Shown in pieces: positions 1-10,296 of a stretch of 64,000 bases of DNA. The stretch is taken from assembly GCA_963785235.1 (NCBI GenBank), contig CAWAUM010000012.1, positions 1 to 64,000 of the forward strand, written 5' to 3'. A program made the position numbers and the translations under genes. The DNA is from an uncultured delta proteobacterium. GTDB taxonomy: Bacteria; Desulfobacterota; Desulfomonilia; UBA1062. The notes beneath the pieces are model-generated. The model searched no databases. It was not told where the DNA came from and saw nothing but the letters and a program-made list of their open reading frames with translations. Each line of letters starts with the position of its first letter. Within the stretch, counting starts at the first letter, position 1.

Positions 1-100
1 CCCTTCCTCTTCCTGGCAAGGCAGGAGAATTCATCTTTCGGTCCTGGTGCAGGAGCGTTGATTACTTCAACAGATGGGTGCTCTTGAAAGGCCCTTAATC

Positions 101-207
101 TGATGATCTTGGTTGAAACATAGGAAATTTATCACTTCATACCAGAGCGTGACATCTGGCATGTTATCTTCACATTACCTTGCCACTCTTTTCCGATGAT
201 TATGGAA
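101..207 (-). repeat. Copy 1 of a ~107-bp degenerate dispersed repeat (decayed receiver-domain N-terminal half)
   Basis: Aligns with 5411-5518 and 8967-9073 (shared TGATGATCTT-GGTTGAAACATA...TTTTC-GATGATTATGGAA). Minus-strand translation resembles REC alpha1-beta3 with stops and frameshifts. Confidence 0.6.
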
Positions 208-355
208 GAGTCTGTTGAAAAACCAAATGAATAATTGATGACTGAAAAAACGGCCTCACAGGATGCACGACATTTGAAATATTATCATCGAGCCTAATGT
301 TTTGATGGTTCAAATTTGATATTTTTTGAAATAACAGAGGTTTTTCAACAGTCTC
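208..355. mobile_element. MITE / internally deleted IS (IS5/IS1182-type ends)
   Basis: 17-bp terminal inverted repeats GAGTCTGTTGAAAAACC (208-224) and GGTTTTTCAACAGTCTC (339-355), 16/17 complementary. Flanked by GAA on both sides (205-207, 356-358). No ORF inside. Confidence 0.7.
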
Positions 356-467
356 GAAAGTAATCTATACTTTGGATTAGCCATTAGCCTCGGAACATAA
401 TCTTTACTTTCCTCTCCTGGCTTCTAGTGTAAGAATTTACAAAGATGAGAGTACCCCAAGTAAATAA

Positions 468-629
468 TCACTCATCCAGAATTCCCCTGATCTTTTTTGC
501 AAGATCTCCTAGAGAGAAGGGCTTCTGGATGAAACCATTGCACCCTTGTTGCATGATCTCCTTCGCCTGACCATCAAGACTGTAGCCGCTTGAAAGGAGA
601 ACTTTTACGCACGGATCAATACGTTTCAT
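468..629 (-). pseudogene. C-terminal half of a response-regulator receiver domain (truncated hybrid kinase remnant)
   Basis: Manual translation MKRIDPCVKVLLSSGYSLDGQAKEIMQQGCNGFIQKPFSLGDLAKKIRGILDE*. Has the SGY and KPF motifs but lacks the N-terminal DD and phospho-Asp part. Confidence 0.75.
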
Positions 630-672
630 TTTTTAAATTAATCGACTCCGGCACCATTTTTCCCCGGCTCAA

Positions 673-1611
673 TTATCTGTTTTCTTCAATGACCTGTCTT
701 ATATGCTTTTGATTCTACAAATATTTCGTCTTTAAATGGATTAAGCTTGTTTTTACGAATCTTATTAAACTGATAGAGCGCCAGTGCAACATTTGCGATT
801 AATGCCAGCAAGCTTACGATAAAAAACGCTGTTGGGATTATGTGTAGTCGGAACAGGAGCTATGCGATCTGCAAACGAAGGGACTGTCATGACAAACATG
901 ATCCACAAGGCTAGTGTAGACGCACGATGCTGCAGCCATGCTCCTTTTTTGATAAAGAAAGCAGGTATGGTGCAGGCAAGCAACAATGCTAAGCCACAGT
1001 AAAATGAATGATCAGCTATACAGTTGTAGGTATAGGCGAAATTCCACAAATCATAAGCTATGATCCAAGGCCAGATCATGTCAGGCCAGATCATATCCTT
1101 TGACTTGTCTTTAGAAATAAAAATACCAAGCCAGCCGCAGATGGTGATGATGTTGAGCAGTCCGGCTATACCATTCATGATATTCCATGGTCCGGACATT
1201 ACCCAGAGATTGTCAATATACGCTCCGTTCCATGCCCCATATGAAAAGCATTGAAAATCACGGATACATGCTTCAAAGATATTAAGTGCCAAGTATAAGG
1301 GGAGGAAAACATAATGCCCATTTCTTTTTAGCAAGTCCCGGAATATAGCGAATAGCCATAAAACCAAGACATCCGGCAAGGGCTGAATAGGTTTTTACCC
1401 AGTTAAACCATGTGCCCGTACCATATTCATTGCCAGGGGCTGCAGTTGTTGGCCATACAAAGATAGTCAGTACAATCGGAACAACCAGGAAAAGTACAAT
1501 TCCGCCCCATTTTGTTGTACGACCAAATTCATTGAAAGCCATTAAAGCAAAGAGAACAAAAAGCCAAATCGCCCAACCATTGAAGCTCGTTGCTTCATAC
1601 AAAATACCCAT
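673..1611 (-). CDS. DUF5692-family multi-pass membrane protein (frameshifted near 1290 and 825)
   Basis: ORFs 1282..1611 and 765..1379 join into one protein with TWFNWVKTYSALAGC, GPWNIMNGIAG, WIIAYDLWNFAY and GAWLQHRA motifs. Confidence 0.75.
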
Positions 1612-1954
1612 AGCACTTTACCTCCTATAAAATCGAAAATATTAATAATGGGATTGTTATGTGCAGTGCTTTTTCTTTAACCTTATTGATATAGTAAAGA
1701 TATACTGCACAGATTCAAGAGCTATGAGGGTAAAAGTATAAAGACTGTAAACATCATGACGAGGTCTATGCTTAGAGCCATTCAATCTTAGACTTTGTAT
1801 CCTGGCATGAAATCTATTCTCTACCCCTCAATTTAATAGTAATATATTACCATAATAATAGATAAATAATGAGCTTCCAATAGTCTGTGGCATCTTCTCA
1901 TTAGGTTAGATTGTAGATTCGTGAGATTTCATATCGGTTTTGGCTTGTCTGAGA

Positions 1955-2644
1955 TTATAAAATCCTTCCGTCAACCATATGGATGATTCTGTCAGCATCG
2001 TGTGCCAGTGTTTCGTCGTGAGTGACCATGAGGAAGGCCTTTTGGGTGGTCCGATTAAGCTCTCTCATGAGGTCAAAGACCATACGGCCACTCTTGCTGT
2101 CAAGGTTACCCGTAGGCTCATCAGCCAGCACCAGTACCGGGTCGTTTGCCAGTGCCCTTACAATGGCACCCCTTTGCTGCTGCCCACCTGAGAGCTGGCC
2201 CGGCGTGTAGTTCAATCGGTCACCCAAGCCCACCTGCTTCAATAATCCAGTCATGCGATCCCTGTTAGTGTCTTCCGATACTTTTCCTTTGAGCCTACAG
2301 GGCATAAGGACATTTTCCAAAACCGAAAATGCAGGCAGCAGGTAGTGAAACTGGAAGATAAACCCCAAATAGTCCCTGCGCAGGTATGCCCGTTCATCTT
2401 CCGAAAGGAGAGAAGTATCATTACCATCGAGGATAACTTTTCCAGATGTTGGTGTATCAAGCAAGCCGATGATATTCAGCAATGTTGTCTTGCCTGACCC
2501 CGAGGCCCCCAGCACGGCAATGAATTCCCCCTGCTTAATCGTTAGGTCGATGTCGAAGAGCACCTGGTTGACAACACAATCCCCATCTCCATAACACTTG
2601 GTTATTCTCTCAAGGATCACGACCTGTTTTTCCATATCCTTCAA
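1955..2644 (-). CDS. ABC transporter ATP-binding protein (LolD/MacB-like)
   Basis: Walker [17 protein letters not shown] signature, [14 protein letters not shown]. Confidence 0.95.
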   Translation of the reverse strand: MKDMEKQVVILERITKCYGDGDCVVNQVLFDIDLTIKQGEFIAVLGASGSGKTTLLNIIGLLDTPTSGKVILDGNDTSLLSEDERAYLRRDYLGFIFQFHYLLPAFSVLENVLMPCRLKGKVSEDTNRDRMTGLLKQVGLGDRLNYTPGQLSGGQQQRGAIVRALANDPVLVLADEPTGNLDSKSGRMVFDLMRELNRTTQKAFLMVTHDETLAHDADRIIHMVDGRIL

Positions 2645-2691
2645 TCCCTATCAATACCCTGCTCTTTGGAGCATACTCATGTTCTGATTAA

Positions 2692-3942
2692 TTATCTTAT
2701 CACATCCACCGGATTTGTTCTGGCTGCCTTCCATGCCGGATACAGAGCAGCAAGAAGCCCAACCATAAACGCTATGGCCATGGTGCCGAGCACCATTCCA
2801 AGAGTCAGATCAATGGGAAAGGTCTCCACCTTCCTTCCTGTAGCGCTCGCGACAGTTTTAAAGCTTGAAAGGAATAGTGCAAGTCCGCTGCCCAGTACCG
2901 CCCCGAAAAATGAACCCATAAGGGCCAGGAGTGCTCCTTCAATGGCAAATAACCCGATGACCTGCTTTCTGGTAGCGCCCATGGCCTTTAAGATGCCGAT
3001 CTCGCGTAACCTGTTCATGACCGACATGATGAGGATGCTTGCTATGGCAAATCCCGATGCAACAACAGTGAAGGCTATGATGAGGTTTGAGGATGAAGAT
3101 TGTGCCTTCAGACCTGTTAGCAGGGCCTGGTTCTCCTGCATCCAGGATATCGCCTCATAAGGTATTTGCATATTCATGCGTCCAACAAGCTTATCGGCAT
3201 CGAAAATACGGTCAAGCTTTATTCCTATGCTCGTTACAGCATTCCCCAATCCAAAGAGTGATTGGGAACTCCTCAGTGTCAGGAAAGCACGAGAATTATC
3301 CACAGCACTGAACCCGGTATCAAAAATGCCCGCAAGGGTATAGGTCTCTGAGTTTCCCTCAGAACTGGTGATCTTTATCTTGTCTCCAAGCTGCAGGGAA
3401 AATTCATCAGCAAGCTTGTAACCAATGGCTGTCTCGTTGGCGTTCAACTCGAAAAACCTGCCTTTCACAAGCTTTGACTGTATGTCCACTACCTTATTGT
3501 ACCGCCGGGGCTCCATGCCGGTGATGAAAACGGCCTTGTGCTTGGCGCCGCGCGACATTATCCCGTCTCCATCTACTGCTGGGGAGACAGCGATAATTGT
3601 TTTATCAAATTGTTCCAGACGTGGTATCCAAACAGCCCAATCTTCTATCTTGCGTTTGCGCTCTGTGAGGCTGACGGTCTTACTTGCAACCACGGTGTCT
3701 TTTTGCTTCTGGATTTGCATTTGCAGGACATTCATCGGGACTCGTTCAGGTTGTTTAATAACAATATGGGGTATGGACCCGGTAACACTGCTGATCAGAC
3801 GCTTCTGAAGCCCACTGATAAGGGCATTGAGAAAGATGATCAGGGTTACGCTGATAGCTACTACTACCATAGTGAGGAGGGTCTGGCGGAAATTAAAGAT
3901 AAGGTCGCGCCTGGCAACAGACCAGGTAAACCTGTCGGGCAA
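2692..3942 (-). CDS. ABC transporter permease, FtsX/MacB/LolE family
   Basis: N-terminal TM, periplasmic domain, REIGILKAMGA motif and C-terminal LYPAWKAARTNPV. Confidence 0.9.
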   Translation of the reverse strand: MPDRFTWSVARRDLIFNFRQTLLTMVVVAISVTLIIFLNALISGLQKRLISSVTGSIPHIVIKQPERVPMNVLQMQIQKQKDTVVASKTVSLTERKRKIEDWAVWIPRLEQFDKTIIAVSPAVDGDGIMSRGAKHKAVFITGMEPRRYNKVVDIQSKLVKGRFFELNANETAIGYKLADEFSLQLGDKIKITSSEGNSETYTLAGIFDTGFSAVDNSRAFLTLRSSQSLFGLGNAVTSIGIKLDRIFDADKLVGRMNMQIPYEAISWMQENQALLTGLKAQSSSSNLIIAFTVVASGFAIASILIMSVMNRLREIGILKAMGATRKQVIGLFAIEGALLALMGSFFGAVLGSGLALFLSSFKTVASATGRKVETFPIDLTLGMVLGTMAIAFMVGLLAALYPAWKAARTNPVDVIR

Positions 3943-3958
3943 GAAGCGGGATTTGCCC

Positions 3959-5137
3959 TTATTTTTCAGATTTCACCTCTGCAGCATTCAGGATGATATT
4001 TTCTTCAATTGAGACACCTTCGATTGCCACCCATTCTTTGCCCCTGCTCAGCACCTTTATCCCTTTTTTTACTGCTTTGCCTGATTTCTTCACAAATAAA
4101 TAAGCTGTGCCATTCGATTCCAATACAGCGCTTAAGGGCACCGTAAGCGCAGAAAATCTACCTGCTTCGATATTTACATCCACAGTCATGTCCGGCAGGA
4201 TATAATCAGGGACTGTTGTGGGGGTAAGCTTCACTGCGACAACACCCCTTAGGCTGTCCACCTCCGGGCCGATGGTGCTCACCCGGGCTTGAAAGGGACG
4301 GTCCTTGAATGCAGGGGCGATAATTGTTGCACTCTGAGTCTTTCTGATCTTGCCAAGATTGTTCTCATCGGTCTCCATGTAGATCTCAAGCTGCGACATA
4401 TCCGCGACACTCATCAGCACCAAACCTGCAGTAACAGCTTGCCCTGACTCGACATTGCGGGCTACTACCAGGCAATCATAAGGCGCTTTAATAGAGTGCT
4501 TCTCATACTCATGAGCAATAAGGTTTTGTGCAGCCTCAGCCTGTTTGAGCCGTGCATGCGCGATCTTCAGGTCTTCCATACGAGGTCTTTTCATGAGGTC
4601 ATTCAGGTTCTCCTGCGCCACCTGCTCGGAGGAGATAGATTTCTCTCGGTTGGCTTTTGCCTTTTCCCACTCAGACCTTGAAATGACTCCCTGCGTGAGC
4701 AGATTTTCAAAACGTCCATAGTCGGCATCAGCCTTTTCTCTATCCGCCCGGGCGAGTCTAATTTCTGCCTTAGCCTTGTTGATTTCCTCTGGATATGGCC
4801 CTTTCTCTGTCTTTATAAGCTCCTGACTTGCTGCCTCAATAGTCTGAAAAGCCTGTTCGAGTTTTGCTTTTGTAAGACTTGAGTCAAGTTCAAGGAGGAT
4901 AGCTCCTTTTGCTACACGATCACCCTCTTTGTAGTTGACCTTACACAGAGTTCCCGAGACTTCAGTTCCGATATCACTCTTTATCACAGGGCGTATCCTG
5001 CCAGTAGCAATCACTAACTCAATTACAGTTTGCCTCTTAGGAAGAACCGTATCAACCTTAGTTCCGCAGCCACAGGCCATATAGGATGACATGAGAAAGG
5101 TGATAATGATCAGCCATAGGAGGTATTGTTTATTCAT
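3959..5137 (-). CDS. Efflux membrane-fusion (periplasmic adaptor, MacA/HlyD-like) protein
   Basis: Lipoyl half-motifs (EVSGTL..V..KEGDRV.KG, IKAPYD), coiled-coil hairpin, lies in operon with the ABC genes. Confidence 0.9.
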   Translation of the reverse strand: MNKQYLLWLIIITFLMSSYMACGCGTKVDTVLPKRQTVIELVIATGRIRPVIKSDIGTEVSGTLCKVNYKEGDRVAKGAILLELDSSLTKAKLEQAFQTIEAASQELIKTEKGPYPEEINKAKAEIRLARADREKADADYGRFENLLTQGVISRSEWEKAKANREKSISSEQVAQENLNDLMKRPRMEDLKIAHARLKQAEAAQNLIAHEYEKHSIKAPYDCLVVARNVESGQAVTAGLVLMSVADMSQLEIYMETDENNLGKIRKTQSATIIAPAFKDRPFQARVSTIGPEVDSLRGVVAVKLTPTTVPDYILPDMTVDVNIEAGRFSALTVPLSAVLESNGTAYLFVKKSGKAVKKGIKVLSRGKEWVAIEGVSIEENIILNAAEVKSEK

Positions 5138-5410
5138 AAAAATAATATCCACTTTCAACAAAGCAGTTATCTTTGTCTTGAAATAGAAAAGATTACTTTC
5201 TTTTAGTAGTTACAGCACACATCCCTGTCAATGCAATCATCGAGATTTATCTCGACGCTTTGATATTGTTCCGTGGATTAACCGATAGAAATGACCTCCT
5301 GTATAAGGATGACTACAATTATAGGGAATGGATTTTGATTAGAACGCACAATGTTCCAGCAGAACCAGAGATCTCTTTGCTTTCATCATGCTTTCGAAGA
5401 GCTCACGAAT

Positions 5411-5518
5411 TGATGATCTTGGGTTGAAACATATGAAATCTCCCGACATACTAGACCGTCACAACTGGGGCATGTACTCTATGGTTTTGCATGCCCCTAT
5501 TTTTCGATGATTATAGAA
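5411..5518 (-). repeat. Copy 2 of the ~107-bp degenerate dispersed repeat
   Basis: Alignment with 101-207 and 8967-9073. Minus strand reads SIIIEK*G...CDGLV...FHMFQPKII across a frameshift. Confidence 0.6.
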
Positions 5519-5802
5519 AATAATCTCTACTCTGGGATAACCATTGGCACTAGCAAAATCAAGGGTGTCTCATGTCTTGTGAAAGCACCAATCTATTGCA
5601 GAGATCAACGCTTAGGACGTGTCATCTTCCAGATAGGGGGACATTTCTAACGAGTCTTGACAGTTTTGACGCGTTCTATTGAAAACGTCGTCATCCCCCT
5701 TATATTGGTAGGGTAAGGTATCTGACATTTACTGTATTTTTCATGCAATGACCCTTTCCGGGGATTAGTTGGATACTCATCTCGTATGAAAGGAGGTTCG
5801 TC

Positions 5803-7530
5803 ATGAAACGCGGAAATCGGTTTATCTGCATATTTTCCCTGTGTCTTTGTTTCCTGGCCATCAGTGCGGTTGAGGTTTATCCATGGTCCTTGAATCTGAC
5901 CGGGTTGAGAAGCTGGGACTTCGATCGGCTTGCCGAAGGAGGCTTCGGCGACAGCGCCAACAGTTATGCATGGTCTGTCACAATGTTCAATGGCGACCTG
6001 TATGTGGGGACAAACCGCCATCACATGTGGAGCCTCATGCAGAGCATGTCCGGCATGATGCCACCTATGCCCCCTGGATTCGGTCCCGAGGGGCCTGCCA
6101 ACGAGACCTGGGGAAACATGACGTGGGCCCAGGATTTTCGTGGTCAGATCTGGCGATACAGAGATGGGGCATGGTCTCTTGTACATCTCTCTCCTGTGGT
6201 TTACGGCGAATTACCCATTGCTCCGAATCCCACACTTCCCCCGCCGCCCAATCCTCCCATCGTCGGACATTACCCTGAATCCTATGGATACCGGACCATG
6301 GGAGTTTACAACGGGTACATCTATGCCATTGGAATCGGGACATGGGTTCCGAACATGCCGTTGGCACGTATCACCAGGTCCCCGAGCGGCGATGAGGGAA
6401 CGTGGGAAGATGTCTCGGGAATCATCAGTACGGCGACCAACCCGAGGGGTCTGGTCACCTACAAGGGCAACCTCTACATCACCGCATCGCTTCCAGGAAC
6501 TGCTCCAGCGGGAGCGGGCATCGGGCTTGTTTACCGCTATGATCCGAAAACCCAGGGCCTCTGGGTCCAGGTCAGTGATCCGGGTTTTGGAAACATCGAC
6601 AACGCAGAGATCGCGTACCTTACTGAATTCAATGGATATCTCTATGCATCGACCGTGAATTACAACACGGGCTTTGAGGTCTGGAAGACGAATGGCAAAC
6701 TCCGGCCTGACGGTAAATACACGTGGAAACGGATAATCAAGGAAGGGTTTGGCGACACGTACAACCAGTGGGGCATGACCATGACCCCCTTTATGAATCA
6801 CCTCTACATCGGCACTGCAGCGGGTGCTGGCATGGTACTGAAGAACGGAAGACCCGTGGGGAGGAGGGCCTTCGACCTGATCAGACTGAACAAGAACGAT
6901 CAGGCCAAGCTCCTTGTGGGCTCCTATGAACCGGATGATCCACCTGAAGGCTGGCCTGCTCAACGGGTGCCACTGAGCCGATGGGCTGCTGGATTCGGCA
7001 ATCCCTATAACGATTATGTATGGCACATGTGTGTTCATGAGAGCTGGCTTTACCTTGCCACCTACGACGAGACTTCCCACATCCTCCTCATGGCTCAGGG
7101 AGCTCTTGCTGGTGGCCTCAATCCCGGCGGTGTACTGCCACTGCCAATACTGCAACTCCGGCAGGGACTCGATGAGATGGATATCTCCAGGTATGCTCCT
7201 CAACAGCGCAACGCTGTCATCGCCCTGAAGAGTGCTCTAGATTCAAGAGATGTGAGCGCTGCAGGGTTCTACATCTCACAGATGCTCGACCTGTTCGGCG
7301 GGGCGGACCTGTGGAAGTCCCTCAACGGTGTGCACTGGTTTCCTGTAACCATCAATGGTTTCGACAACCATTTGAACTTCGGGTTCCGCAGGCTTGTCTC
7401 CGTTCACGAACCAGACCTTTGGGGCCTCGTTCTGGGTACAGCGAACGCCTTCACTGGTCACCCGGAAGGCGGATGTGAGATTCTTCTTGGGACAAACCCT
7501 TATACCATCGGACCGGACAGGCGAAGGTAA
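5803..7530 (+). CDS. Secreted hypothetical protein, probable beta-propeller
   Basis: RBS AGGAGG and signal peptide. Five GF[G/D]xxxN motifs (GFGDSAN, GFGNIDN, GFGDTYN, GFGNPYN, GFDNHLN) alternate with FNG.LY-type strands. Confidence 0.75.
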   Translation: MKRGNRFICIFSLCLCFLAISAVEVYPWSLNLTGLRSWDFDRLAEGGFGDSANSYAWSVTMFNGDLYVGTNRHHMWSLMQSMSGMMPPMPPGFGPEGPANETWGNMTWAQDFRGQIWRYRDGAWSLVHLSPVVYGELPIAPNPTLPPPPNPPIVGHYPESYGYRTMGVYNGYIYAIGIGTWVPNMPLARITRSPSGDEGTWEDVSGIISTATNPRGLVTYKGNLYITASLPGTAPAGAGIGLVYRYDPKTQGLWVQVSDPGFGNIDNAEIAYLTEFNGYLYASTVNYNTGFEVWKTNGKLRPDGKYTWKRIIKEGFGDTYNQWGMTMTPFMNHLYIGTAAGAGMVLKNGRPVGRRAFDLIRLNKNDQAKLLVGSYEPDDPPEGWPAQRVPLSRWAAGFGNPYNDYVWHMCVHESWLYLATYDETSHILLMAQGALAGGLNPGGVLPLPILQLRQGLDEMDISRYAPQQRNAVIALKSALDSRDVSAAGFYISQMLDLFGGADLWKSLNGVHWFPVTINGFDNHLNFGFRRLVSVHEPDLWGLVLGTANAFTGHPEGGCEILLGTNPYTIGPDRRR

Positions 7531-7566
7531 AAGAGCAGGTCAAGGAATACGCTTTCATAATATTTC

Positions 7567-7618
7567 AGGTTCATGACAACTATGGCATATGAAAAGTGCT
7601 ATCAGTTGTCATGAACCT
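7567..7618. repeat. Intergenic palindrome / possible terminator
   Basis: Perfect 15-bp inverted repeat AGGTTCATGACAACT / AGTTGTCATGAACCT just after the 5803..7530 stop codon. Confidence 0.7.
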
Positions 7619-7633
7619 AAATTTAATACTGCG

Positions 7634-7680
7634 GTCTAACAATGATGATATACTGGAATAGTGCAGTATAATAAATGGCC
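7634..7680 (+). other. Degenerate attI-like integron head site (GTT missing)
   Basis: GTCTAAC followed by 36 nt that are 29/36 identical to the site at 47507-47542 (minus strand). GGCC follows where GTTGGCC would be expected. Confidence 0.55.
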
Positions 7681-7699
7681 GAAAAGAACAAAACAATTT

Positions 7700-8848
7700 A
7701 TGATTTGCCACATCCGCATACAAGCATTCGACTGGAATCTCATAGCTGTTGCCTGCGCAATGTTTGCGGTCACCATCGTGACCTGGGTGACGTTTGCAGC
7801 GGCGGCTGAACTGGAAATTCGCATAGATAATCCACCGATGAATGGAACAGTGATTGCGCTACTGTTCAACTCTGCCAGCACGTTTGTCGACCTCCGCGAT
7901 CCGGTAAACGTTGTCACCCTTCCGTCCGGTGGCAGCATGCCTGGACGCATTCCTGACCTACCCAGTGGCGAGTATGCACTGGTAGTTTACCAGGACGAGA
8001 ACAGCAACGGACTCCTGGATAAGAATTTCATTGGTATCCCACGTGAACCTCTCGGCTTCTCAAATAGCTACTGGCCACAAGGTCCTCCTGCCTTCACCCG
8101 CGCGGTGTTCCGGCTCGACGAAGGTGAAACGAAAACAATCGATATCAAACTGCAATCGGTCTTTGGGAAGTTGGGTCTGCTGGGTGTGGGTGTTGGTGTC
8201 ATCTTGCAGACTAGCCCATACCGTGATTCCAAACACTTAATTGTTCAACCCATTCCTGCGATCAGTTACATCGGCGACTGGGTTCAGATTCTCGGTCCTA
8301 CAGCCCAGTGCGGCATCATGAACTGGAATGATGTCAGACTCGCAGCGACTGCAAGTTATCGCCTTGGAGCCTACCGCGAAAGTGACAGTCCCTACCTGCA
8401 GGGTATGGGAGATCGCGATGACACTCTGATGGGAGGCCTGGCATTGCAGGTTCAATTACCCGCGGGTTTCGAACTTTCTGCCGGTTATGAGCATGACCTA
8501 CTCGACCGCATCGGTGGCGGCAATGGACGCATAGGTCTGGGAAAGGCCTTTCAGCAAGGTCAGCTGACGGTTTCTCCGCAACTGGCGCTAAACTGGCTTA
8601 CAGCTGAACTGGCCGACTACGAATATGGAGTGCCCGCAGACCGAGTCCGCGAGGGTCGACCAGCCTATCATCCCAGCGATTCAGTGAATCTCGAAATAGG
8701 GGTTACTCTATTCCGAGAACTTTATGACAATTGGCGAATTATCCTTACTGGGAGTGTCATATTCCTGCCCTCGGAACTCACCACCAGCCCGATTGTGGAC
8801 CAGGCGCACATGTTTAATGGTTTTGTTGCAGTCACCCGGCTGTTCTGA
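7700..8848 (+). CDS. DUF2141 + MipA/OmpV (MltA-interacting) outer-membrane fusion protein
   Basis: N-domain YALVVYQDENSNGLLDKNFIGIPREPLGFSN (DUF2141). C-domain with SPY, L.GMGDR, YEYGV and SPIVD motifs and terminal Phe (MipA barrel). Start codon uncertain (7661 or 7700). Confidence 0.8.
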   Translation: MICHIRIQAFDWNLIAVACAMFAVTIVTWVTFAAAAELEIRIDNPPMNGTVIALLFNSASTFVDLRDPVNVVTLPSGGSMPGRIPDLPSGEYALVVYQDENSNGLLDKNFIGIPREPLGFSNSYWPQGPPAFTRAVFRLDEGETKTIDIKLQSVFGKLGLLGVGVGVILQTSPYRDSKHLIVQPIPAISYIGDWVQILGPTAQCGIMNWNDVRLAATASYRLGAYRESDSPYLQGMGDRDDTLMGGLALQVQLPAGFELSAGYEHDLLDRIGGGNGRIGLGKAFQQGQLTVSPQLALNWLTAELADYEYGVPADRVREGRPAYHPSDSVNLEIGVTLFRELYDNWRIILTGSVIFLPSELTTSPIVDQAHMFNGFVAVTRLF

Positions 8849-8880
8849 CGACGATATGCTGAGAAATGGAAGAAGTAAGA

Positions 8881-8917
8881 GGCCAACAAGCTCCTCCACA
8901 TGCACACGAAGTTATCC
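8881..8917 (+). other. Truncated attC-like remnant after the MipA gene
   Basis: GGCCAAC-AAGCTCCTCCAC start. GGCCAAC is complementary to the reconstructed GTTGGCC at ~7677. Confidence 0.35.
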
Positions 8918-8966
8918 CATATGAATATCACTTCGATTTCGTCTCGATTTTGAAATCACTTGAAAC

Positions 8967-9073
8967 TGAAGATCTGGTGGTGAAACATACGAAGTCTCTC
9001 TCTTCAAACCAAACCATCACAACATGTTGTAATCATCACTTTCTTATACCCCTCTTTTTCGATGATTATGGAA
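8967..9073 (-). repeat. Copy 3 of the ~107-bp degenerate repeat (best-preserved REC remnant)
   Basis: Minus strand, extended a few codons upstream: SVLFRMFHSIIIEKEGYKKVMITTCCDGLV*RERLRMFHHQIF, CheY-like. Confidence 0.6.
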
Positions 9074-9131
9074 TGAAACATACGGAATAAGACACTTCAT
9101 ATCAGATCGTGGGCAATGGCACCAAAGCTTC

Positions 9132-9187
9132 AGGTAACTTGGGAATCACCGGTGGCTGAAAGCCGTCCGGTGATTCCATGCTTCAAT
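9132..9187 (-). other. Degenerate attC site downstream of the YeeE/YedE pair
   Basis: AAC-ttgggaatcaccggtggctgaaagccgtccggtgattccatg-CTT. Core GGCTGAAAGCCGTCCG is identical to the attC at 43550-43606, with one core triplet mutated. Confidence 0.6.
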
Positions 9188-9200
9188 CATCTCGTTAATG

Positions 9201-9731
9201 TTATAAGCCCTTTTTCTCAAACCAGAAGAACAAGGAAATCGTTCCGGCCCAGAAGAAAGGAATTATGACCCATGGTGAGACTCCCAGGACTTCCGGCAAC
9301 CCTATCTTGCCGAAGTCTTTCCACGCGAGAACCGTCGATTTGAAGAAGGGAAAGAGCTCCGCGTAGAGGGCGGCCCCTGCTACCATTCCCGCAACGGCGA
9401 AAAAGGCATGCCAGCGCCCTTCACCCAGAGCGCCGATCGACGTGCCCGGACAGAAACCCATCACTGCCCATCCAGCTCCGAACAGGGCCCCTCCCAGAAG
9501 CACGGCGCCGAGGTTCATCGGTTTGTGGCTTAAGGTGATAATCCCTGCATCCGTGAGCAGAGCTATCCCGACCATGCCGACCAATATGGCGGAAAGCATG
9601 AACTTGAATATCGTCATGTCCTTCAGCAACATGGCGCCGACCTGTTTCTCAAATCGCAGAACGCGACCCTTCTGCAGCAGGAAGCCGAACAATACCCCCG
9701 TAATGAGACCGAGCATCTGATCTATACTCAT
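9201..9731 (-). CDS. YeeE/YedE thiosulfate/sulfur transporter, second subunit
   Basis: MSIDQMLGLITGVLFGFLLQKGRV...GWAVMGFCPGT. ATGA overlap with the upstream gene. The track ORF 9201..10340 is a frameshift chimera. Confidence 0.85.
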   Translation of the reverse strand: MSIDQMLGLITGVLFGFLLQKGRVLRFEKQVGAMLLKDMTIFKFMLSAILVGMVGIALLTDAGIITLSHKPMNLGAVLLGGALFGAGWAVMGFCPGTSIGALGEGRWHAFFAVAGMVAGAALYAELFPFFKSTVLAWKDFGKIGLPEVLGVSPWVIIPFFWAGTISLFFWFEKKGL

Positions 9732-10271
9732 GACGGCCTCCTTCCATAAACAAGGGCGGCAACGAGAACGCCGACACTGAAGAACATCGCGAGGGCGACA
9801 AAGGAACTGACCGAGAGCTGCATCATGCCGCTCAATCCGTGTCCGCTGGGACAGCCGTCGGCCATTCGTGCACCCATCATGGCGACGATGCCTCCCAGGA
9901 ACGCCCCCACTGCCCGTTTCCCGATGGATGGGCCGAAACGCTTCTCCCATGTCGGAGGAACACTCTCCAGTTTGAAGCTTCTGTCCGTTGCGGAAGAGAT
10001 CAGCGCCCCCAGGAAGATGCCCGAGAACGAGCATGAACTGCCAATCGACGCGAACCTTCTCCTTTATGAAGTACTCGTTTGCTGCTACTCGATCCGGAGC
10101 AACGGTCCGTTCAAGAAGGCCGGCAGCTCGCACGAAGGTAGTCGATGCGCCCAGATAGTTGGATTTCCCCATCCACTCAGTGGTTGCATAAACTGATGCA
10201 ATGGCCAACAATCCCAACAAGGCTCCTGCGAGGTAAGGACTCCATCCGCCATCCTGTGTTTTCCATTTCAT
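9728..10271 (-). CDS. YeeE/YedE transporter, first subunit (frameshift near 10020)
   Basis: MKWKTQDGGWSPYLAGALLG...DWQFMLVLG, then in another frame GARMADGCPSGHGLSG. RBS GGAGG. Confidence 0.8.
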
Positions 10272-10296
10272 CGAGATTTCCTCCTTTGTTATTGGA

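Noticed and set aside
1699-1710. GATATACTGCAC half-match to the attI-like motif upstream of DUF5692
   Set aside because: Only one half-site, with no AAC/GTT cores or downstream attC.
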